From contig CM022667.1 in NCBI GenBank assembly GCA_012295275.1, forward strand, positions 19,468,001-19,532,000: a DNA stretch of 64,000 nt, written 5' to 3'. The position numbers and the translations under genes are program-made. The notes under the pieces were generated by a model. That model was not told where the DNA came from, searched no databases, and worked only from the letters and a program-made list of their open reading frames with translations. The stretch comes from Chrysomallon squamiferum. Lineage: Eukaryota; Animalia; Mollusca. This document shows, one piece after another, positions 55,050-64,000 of the stretch; position 1 is the first letter of the stretch, and every line of letters begins with the position of its first letter.

Positions 55050-55825
55050 TAGCAGTAGTAATAGCAGTTGTAGTAGTAATAGTAGTTGTAATGTTAGTAG
55101 TAGTAGTAGTAGTAATAATAGTTGTAATAATAGTTGTAATAGTAGTAGTAGTAGTAGTAGTAATAGTAGTAATAATAGTTGTAATATTAGTAGTAGTAGT
55201 AGTAATAGTAGTAATAATAGTTGTAATATTAGTAGTAGTAATATTAGTAATAATAGTTGTAATATTAGTAGTAGTAGTAATAGTTGTAATATTAGTAGTA
55301 GTAGTAGTAATAGTAGTAATAATAGTTGTAATATTAGTAGTAGTAATAGTAGTAATAATAGTTGTAATATTAGCAGTAGTAGTAATAATAGTTGTAATAT
55401 TAGTAGTAGTAGTAGTAATAGTAGTAATAATAGTTGTAATATTAGTAGTAGTAATAATAATAGTTGTAATATTAGGAGTAGTAGTAATAATAGTAATAAT
55501 AGTTGTAATATTAGTAGTAGTAGTAGTAATAGTAGTAATAATAGTTGTAATATTAGTAGTAGTAGTAGTAATAGTAGTATTAATAGTTGTAATATTAGTG
55601 GTAGTAGTAGTAATAATAGTTGTAATATTAGTATTAGTAATAGTAGTAATAATAGTTGTAATATTATTATTAGTAGTAGTAATAGTAGTAATAACAGTTG
55701 TAATATTAGTAGTAGTTTTAGTAATAGTAGTAATAATAGTTGTAATATTAGTAGTAGTAGTAGTAGTAATAGTAGTAATAATAATAGTAGTAGTAGTAGT
55801 TATAGTAGTACTACTACTAGTAGTA
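55050..55825. repeat. Compound (AGT)n repeat punctuated by AATAGTTGTAATATT
   Basis: About 20 copies of AATAGTTGTAATATT separated by variable AGT/AAT runs. It produces the spurious 282-374 aa ORFs. Confidence 0.9.
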
Positions 55826-56927
55826 GGACAATAACTCTTGTCGTGTTTGTAAGTGGTTTTGTGTTCTAAATGTCTGAGCACTTATTTATAAATTAACAGT
55901 TCTATTTCAGTTTCATGATATTGATACTTTTTTGTCCGCACAATAACACCTTTCTGTTTCCAGTGCTGGTACAGTCAGTACTACTGCTGCTTCGATCACA
56001 GAGAACAAAACGTTCAATGAAGTACGAAATTGGAAAGATTTACTTCGTTAAAAAAGCAAGTGAAAAGTGACTGCTTCTTTTAAAATTCGATATACGCAAT
56101 TTCGAATACAGGAAAAACTAAGTGGCGAAAACAAGAATATCATGCACCGGTGCTTCTGTATCTACGGAGGAATTGACCAAAGGAAAACCAGAAGCCGAAC
56201 TGGTGAAAATGAGAACTAAAATCGCCAATGCTTCAATCTGTTTGATCGTCCGAACATTTCGAATAGTGACGTCATTGACGACTCGATATTTATGGTCGGA
56301 GTTCGAGCCGAAAGAGAAAAATCAGATGACGTATAAATTTGATTTTAGTCTGTGACTGAAATTTCAGCATACGAACCATTCTGAAACAGAAAGAGTATGG
56401 CATGTCCCAGAAAAGCGTGTTTGAACTTTATTCATCTACATCTGAAAATAGACCTGTTTAAAATTATTAAATCTGTCAGTACTAAGTAATATTTATGTTT
56501 AATAAAAAAAAAAAAAAAAAACTTTACGGAGCGTTTACGTCACCAAATCTGGTCCTGGTCATCAACCAGAATCTAGTCCGACTACTGATCCAGCTTCGCA
56601 CTCCACAAATCCCATACACGCGCACCCAGTCGCGTTCAGGCTCACCAACACCGCAGTGACAGTCACCTTGGGCTCAGTTAACAAATATCGTCAACATATA
56701 AACTTCATTAGCACCAGATGGGCGACCCCCCGTGAGACTGCCCACAGCAGACTGAAACACGTAAAACTGTTTTTGTGAACCTTGCAGCAGTCAGTCAATA
56801 TCAAACTGCCGCTAGTCGGGATAATGGCAGACCAACGCGAACTTTCTCCCAGTCGTAATCATAATTGCTTCCGCAGCATGATGATGGGGTTTTGTTTTTT
56901 TTTCTATTATCTTTTTCTTTTTCATAG

Positions 56928-56960
<33 letters not shown>

Positions 56961-57230
56961 GTCGTCGTCATCATCAACATCGTCGTTGTCATCATCAGCC
57001 CCATCATCATTACCATCATCAACATCGCCACCTTCGTCATCATCATCATTATTATTATTATTAATATTAATATTACGTACACATGGCAGATAGACAAATA
57101 GGTAAAAGTTCACGGGTGTATGTAATTATGTCTACAGTTGTGGATAATAAAAAGATTTATTTATATTAATACAATCACTTCTAAATTAAAAACATTTAAA
57201 TTAAAAATGATATATGTACTAAATTCCAAG

Positions 57231-57330
<100 letters not shown>

Positions 57331-57896
57331 GAAATAATATTAAGAAGAATGAATAGAAAGAAGAAGGATAGAAGTAGATAAAATGATTTACTTTCATTCG
57401 CTTTTTTCTTATATACATATATATCACCAGTTTCTATTTATCAAAGTATTTTAAGTAAATAAAAAGTTGGTCATTTCTATAATTCACTTTTACGGAAATG
57501 CGGCTGGGTCTGACCTAATTACTTCACAGAAAATGTCCACCATTTTGAAACCTTACTTTTCTATGTCTTTGAAAAAACACAGTTAAACGTGACCCCTTTT
57601 AGCAATCAGTTTCCCACTTAAACATTCTTTCTTCTTTTTTAAAAAATCCTATTCCAGAAACCGAAATTAATGTTGTTTTTGGAAGGTTTCTTCCTGTTTG
57701 TTTCTCAGAATGAAACTCAACAATTTCCGTAAGCAAATGAATGACATAACAAAGAAAAACAAAACAGTGCCCTGTTATTTACTAATTGTCTTGTCGAATC
57801 ACTTTCTTTCTTTCTCTCGACATTTCTGTGTTTTTCTATCGCGATATACGTTTGAGCTCATACAATTTGTTGTCAAAGAAGTTTGTGCGAGATAAC

Positions 57897-57953
<57 letters not shown>

Positions 57954-58885
57954 TTATACGAAAGAAAGAAAAACGGAGAGCGAGAGAAATTGACAGAAAC
58001 CAGAATTTGGACAGACACAAAAGCTGTTTTCGTAATCTACAGAAATATATATATATATATATATATTTATTTATTTATTTTATCTGCTTTATCTTTGTGA
58101 GCTGTTTTAAATTCACAATAATTATCTTTAAAACTCTTAAAATAGTATTAAATGTCCCACTGTGGAGTAACATCCAATTTATTTACAACTGTTTGCTGTT
58201 GTTGTTTTTTTTCACATTAAATTATATTGGCTGATGTGTTTCTAAGCTTGTTATTTACTGGAAGACTTCATTGGTTTTACCCTGACACATTCTCACCCCC
58301 AGTTCGTAAAGCCAGACTAATCCTCCATTAGTGACGTTGTATTTATTTATTATTATTTTTATTTTTTAAAGTTTTGTTGTGTGAAACGAAAATACGTTAG
58401 CAGCGATAATTGAACGAATCGTATAGAAATGTCAAAATGGGGAAGCTACTCATTATATCGTACAAGTTTTCTGTTTGTTTGTGTGTTAGGTTTTTTTTTT
58501 TTTTTTTTTTTCCAGCTATATTCTTCTGGTTTTTTATCCCTTTATTTTTCTTTCTCCAGTTTTCAAAATGTTCATTTCGTCGTTTATTTTAAATACGACA
58601 GTTGTCAGTCTTAATTATGTTTTTTTTTTTTTTTTTCATCTTGCTCTGTTATAAAAAATGTTTACTTTTTCAAGCACTTTTAACTGGCTCTTAATAACTT
58701 AAAACCAAGCAACAGACAACAGGCACTTGTCTTAAGATTAATGTTAACAGCCAAACATAAAAAGAAAAAGAAAGAAAGAAAGAAAGATATGTACAGAGTT
58801 TGTTCTTTTTCTAGGCATATGGAGATTCATATTATAAACGTAACTTTTAGAGCAGTCCATTCTACAGAATTAGTGATAGATAGAC

Positions 58886-58922
<37 letters not shown>

Positions 58923-59630
58923 GGCAGGCAGATAAATAGATATATGGATAGAGAAATAAATAAATAAACAAATAGGTATATTATATGTAAATATGGTTAT
59001 AATTATGTGCGTTATGTATGTCTTCGTATGCTTTTGTGCGTGTATCCATATATTTACATGTTAATGTATGTTGTGCGTCTGCATATGTGTCTATATTTTG
59101 TTTGGGTTTTCAGCCACTGTGGCAAATGTGGCCACTACTGGGTCACTCAGCTGGTAAACAAGTATTTAACTGCAGTAATAATCACGAGACTTGTAATGTC
59201 CAGTGTGACACGTTTAGTTAGTCGTGTTTGTTGTGATGATTCATGTTTTTAGATTCAATTAACCTCACACAACACGTTGTTTACTGTAGCCCTCGTCTCT
59301 CTTCTGTCTAGGGAACAGGCTGCAACTTATAACCTTCAGAATCAGTCCGTGCTATTTACCGTTCCAACCACTGTCTCACGATTCGTTCAGCTTTAGTATT
59401 TATTTTGCTGTCATAAGTAAAATCTTTTAAAAAAAGAAGTGTCGGCAACATTTTTTTTTTTTTTAATTTTAATTTTTTTTTTCTGTCTGTCTAATATCAT
59501 TATTAAAAAAATAAAATATTTATGCTTGACGCTTTAATAACTATGACATATTAAAATACGTTGATGCGTTATTAAAGATTCATCTATTCGGTTTAAATTA
59601 GCAATTTCAGTTCTCTTATTTATTATAAAT

Positions 59631-59670
<40 letters not shown>

Positions 59671-60856
59671 GCGCGCGCACACACTAATTCTACATTCTAA
59701 CATTCAAACCAGCTAATTCCGAGATTCGTAGCCTTGACCATGTGTGTTATTCGACTAAAAACACGAAGTAAACAAGATTTGGATTTCAGATTAGTTTATG
59801 TGGATCGGTTCAGTTACGACAGCTGTGACACAGACACTGGTATCAACACGTCGATGTGTGCAACACGCTATGTGTAGAAATACGCGCAGAAACTGATGTT
59901 TCAAAACTTTCACAGTTAAAAATATCTGTCACATGTTAGAGTACGGCTGAACGATTTTTATTATTATTATTATTATTTATTTATTTTTTTTTTAAATTTT
60001 TATGAATCCTCCCAAATCCCGTCTCATTTCGCGTTATTTTCGCAGATGTTTTATATTCAACTGAATCTATCGTTTGTATTAAAGCGCTTGTATTTTTCTT
60101 GCTATAAAAGATTCGTACATCTTTCAATTCTGAACGACTTCTGTCTATATCAGTCTATCGCGTTTCTTCTCTAGTATTTCCACAAACTAGAAAGTTTGTT
60201 TCTGCTAAGCGGTAAAGGCGTAGGATCAACCTTTCTCAGCCTGTCCAAAACCTATTTGTCCGTTCCAACCAAAGGGACATGAACGGTTTATCAAAGGCCG
60301 AGATATGTACTTTGGTGTCTGTGGGACAAAGTGTATATAAAAGAACTCTTGCTAGGCAGAAAAAGGAGATGCTCGTGTGGCAATAGCAGCTTTCCTCAGT
60401 CCCTATATCCTTGTTTCTTAAAACCCACCCGTGACGCATTGCAACAGCAAACTGATAACGCGTTGAAAGGATCGTTAAATAAAAGATTTCTTCCTTCAGA
60501 TTATTACAGATATGTAGCGACAAGAACAACGAAGTTTTCTTCCAGTTTAAGTTAATATAATCTTTACAGTTAAACTATTTCTTATAGAGACTCTTCAGTA
60601 TAACTGACAAAAATAGCAGAGAGAAAAAAAAATAACAGTGTTACATTTAGCATTGTTATCTGTTTTCAGCATTCAACGGTGTTATTTCTAGAACAGCTGC
60701 TTAAAAGATGGAACTATTTTTATATGCTAAAATAAGGAATTAACAGCGTAATACTTCGGATAGTTTGTTGGAGAGAATTATTAATAATCGTGTCGTAGCA
60801 TGAAATCTGCGTGAAAGAACACGACTTAAGTAAGAGATGATGCTGAACTCACTCAC

Positions 60857-61484
60857 CTGCGCCTTCAAATGCCGTGTAGTCGGACGTGAGGAACTGTCGG
60901 GTCAAGGTCGACTTGCCGACTCCTTTGTCTCCTAGAATGATCACTTTGAAGTACTGAGGAGCGTTGGAATTGTTGCTGCACCGAGAACCTTTGGAAGCTC
61001 CGCTCTGCTGTCTGAGCCGCGAGTGATCAATGTCGCTGACGGCACCAGTCGACATGAGGCTGTGCGCGCTCTTTTTTTTGAAAGAGTCTCCGCGGTTCAC
61101 CACTCCCTTCGACGTGGTCCTGAACGACCTCACGCGCTGCATCCTCGAGCCCTTGCTGTCCGCGGCGTTGGCGTTGTTGCTGTCTGCGTCCGGGACGGTG
61201 AGGAGGTTGTGCGCCACGGACGGCATGCTGTTCCTCCTCGGCATGTTCCGCTTCACGTCCAGCTCCTTCTCACTCTCCACTTTGCTGCGGAACGACCCCG
61301 TCCGCGCGTGAGACGAAGCCGTCGGGACCAAGAGGCTGCTGGCGTGACCCTGCCCCAGGGTCGGTGCAGGGGTGGAGTCGCGCGACGGGACACTCCCTGA
61401 ACTGTTCTGGGAGGCGAGGCTGGTCCTACGAGCCCTCGAGGCTTTCTCCTTCCTGTGATCCCGGTCGGTGGCACCTTGAGTCAT
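60857..61484 (-). CDS. RGK-family small GTPase, coding exon 1 (N-terminal extension and G1 box)
   Basis: ATG at 61484, RRNSMP 14-3-3-type site, RVRSFRTTSKGVVNRGDSF, G1 box YFKVIILGDKGVGKSTLTRQF and donor AG|GTGAGT at 60856. The four exons sum to 1158 nt (385 aa plus stop). Confidence 0.9.
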
Positions 61485-62189
61485 TTTCGACTTCGGGTTC
61501 TGTTTTTCGCCGACGATGCTAATAGTAGGAACCGCAGTCTCCAGTTTTAAGTTCACAGCGAAAACTTCCGAAGTAAAAAGCTGTAACAGCTGATAGCGTA
61601 TCGCCGGAGTCACTGGGAAGACTGAGCTACAATCTACGTCATCACTGTGTAGACATTCTGCATCTCATTTAATTTACACTGGAAAAATTAATCACTGGTA
61701 GATCCCGTGTACCAAGTATTTAATTAAATCTTTATCACCTTTAATCTCTCTGGATAAATATTAATTTTTTTTTTTTTTTTTTTTTTGATCTTTAGACTTT
61801 TGTATATACTAACTTCGACAAAGAAAGAAAAAAAAAATCACAAATTTTTACTGCATCTTAAAATCAAATCTGCACCAGAAAGCCAGAATTTAAAAAGTAT
61901 CCAAACTCGAACAGAAAACAAGAAAAATAACTGTATTTTCGAAAACGAAAAAGAAAAAGAAAACGAAGAAAATATAGTAGATATTTTTTTTTAACAGTAT
62001 CCTAGTCACGGACTGTAACTCAGTATACAACACATATTCCGCTGAAAGCGCACGGAGAGAAGTTAATCGACAAACGAGGAGGACCACGTTTAAACGCTGG
62101 TGCAAAGTTGAGTGGAACTAGCCAGTCGGTTGAGTTCACTATTGATCGTTTCTCCTTCACGATTCAGCGGCGTAGTCAAACCCATCCAC

Positions 62190-62290
62190 AGACTCCGATC
62201 TCTACTCGCACGGAGAAAGTAATTTATACGCAGTTCTTATTCGAGGGTATTTTTACAGAATCGCGAACAGTGCAGAGCATTGGTTCAGCG
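62190..62290 (-). promoter_or_regulatory. Core promoter of the RGK gene (CCAAT box and TATA box)
   Basis: Minus-strand CCAAT at 62279-62283 and TATAAA at 62223-62228, correctly oriented and about 50 bp apart, in a CpG-richer island about 740 bp upstream of the ATG. Confidence 0.55.
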
Positions 62291-62459
62291 CGCAGGGGTC
62301 TGAGTGGAGAGAGAACGGTTTCAGTTTGAATAAGTCAGAAGCGAAAAAGAAAAGAAAAGAAAAGAAATCCTCAGTCTTGATAATAATAATAATACGGCTG
62401 TATCGCAAATACCTTAGTTATCGTAATAGACGTTATCGTTGTTACTTCTGTGTTTTCCT

Positions 62460-63585
62460 TGTTGTTGTTGTTGTTGTTGTTGTTGCTACAGTTATGTTAG
62501 TGTCAGTTTTCGTAGTAACAGCATCAGTAGTAGTAGTAATTGTAGTAGCAATACTCGTAGTAACTTGTTGTAGTAATAGTAGTAGTATTAGTAGTGCAGT
62601 AACAATAGATGATTATTAGTAGTAACAGCAGTTGTAGTGGTAGTAGTAGTAGTAACAGTAGTTGTAGTAGTAGTAGTAGTGGCGGTAATAGTATTAGTAT
62701 TACTATATGTAGGAACAGTGGTAGCGGCACCAGTAACGGTAGCAGCAGTAGCAGAAATAATCGTAGTAGTAGTAGTAGTAGTAATAGTGGCAATTGTCGT
62801 AGCAGTAGTAGTAACTGTTGTTGTGGTCGTAGTAGTAGTAATAATAGTAACAGTCGTAGTAGTCGTAGTAGTCGTAGTAGTCGTGGTAGTCGTAGTAGTA
62901 GTAATAGTAGTAGTAACAGTCGTTATAGTTGTAGTAGTAGTAATAGTAGTTGTAATAGTTGTAGTAGTAGTTGTAGTAGTAGTGACAGTGATAGTGGTAA
63001 GGTGGTGGTGATGTTTAACAAAGAAACATTGATATATTTTCTTTCCACTGCAGCTGCTGTTGTTTGAGATGTTTTCTCTTGTTCTTTGTCCTATTTCTTT
63101 TCATCAGTGAATCGATTTATTTGACTGGTTTCTTCTGTTCGTTACAATAATTAGAACCCTTCGTGCGAGAATTTCTGTCAGTGTTTAAATATAATCCATA
63201 ATCTCTGTGGTATAGAGAAGAATCATACAGATTTAACTAAGTAAAACTTTCATCTAAAGTTTTAAAAACGATTTATTTATGCCGTCAGTGTTTATCAATA
63301 ATACGAATTTGACATAAATAATTATATCGTTACATAAAATGGAATCAAAGAGCTTCAAGAGATCCTTTTGAAATGAACATATGTTAACACCACTTACTTT
63401 TATAACTGCTGTTACTACTACTATTACAACTGCAACAACAACAACAACTACTACTACTACTACCATTACTATCACTACCACTACATACTACCACTATAAT
63501 ATACTACAACAACTATTGCTACTGCTATATAATACCATTACATTATATTACTAGTATAGCTGCAAACACTACTGCTGTGCTGTTG

Positions 63586-63661
<76 letters not shown>

Positions 63662-63754
63662 GACTACGACTACTCTACTACAACCACAGTTACTACTATT
63701 ACTCTTCCTACTGCTAATGCTCTACTACTACAACTACAGCTATTAATACTTCTT

Positions 63755-63792
<38 letters not shown>

Positions 63793-64000
63793 TGTTGGTG
63801 TTGTTGTTGTTTGTTGTTGTTGTTGTTGTTATAGTTGTTGTTTTTATTGTTACTGTTGTTAATGTTAATGTTGCTGTTATTGTTGTTGTTTCTGTAAGAA
63901 ATAGTGATTATTTTGTCGTTATCATTGTTATCGATTGTCGCTGTTACTGTTGTTGTTTCTGATGATGATGACGATGATGATGACGATGGTTGTTTCTGTC
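62460..64000. repeat. Degenerate (GTA)n/(CTA)n/(GTT)n trinucleotide repeat field
   Basis: Tracts at 62460-63010, 63410-63750 and 63760-64000. Confidence 0.85.

Noticed and set aside
54710-55881. Long ORFs of 282-374 aa
   Set aside because: They are translations of (TATT)n and (AGT)n repeats, with no splice or domain support.

Overview
AT-rich, microsatellite-dense animal genomic DNA with spliceosomal GT-AG introns. It is probably lophotrochozoan or molluscan, but that is an inference. Five protein-coding loci can be reconstructed by hand. (1) The 5' end of an unidentified minus-strand gene runs off the left edge. (2) Head-to-head with it is an intact 8-exon type I membrane protein: signal peptide, CUB, three LDLa modules, TM helix and a PDZ-ligand-like tail (376 aa). 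(3) JMJD5/KDM8 has a frame break at 10020-10025 inside a lineage-specific insertion. (4) A C2H2 zinc-finger gene of about 17 fingers is broken by three frame changes, two exactly at TGA codons. (5) An intact 4-exon RGK-family small GTPase (385 aa, minus strand, about 30 kb) has a CCAAT/TATA promoter. RGK introns carry a 39-bp hairpin minisatellite and a 47/55-bp array of about 46 copies. There are also several pogo/Tigger-like MITE remnants and 16 perfect CRE palindromes (TGACGTCA), clustered around the RGK 3' end. Most short ORFs in the supplied track are microsatellite artefacts. No rRNA, tRNA or CRISPR array could be supported.
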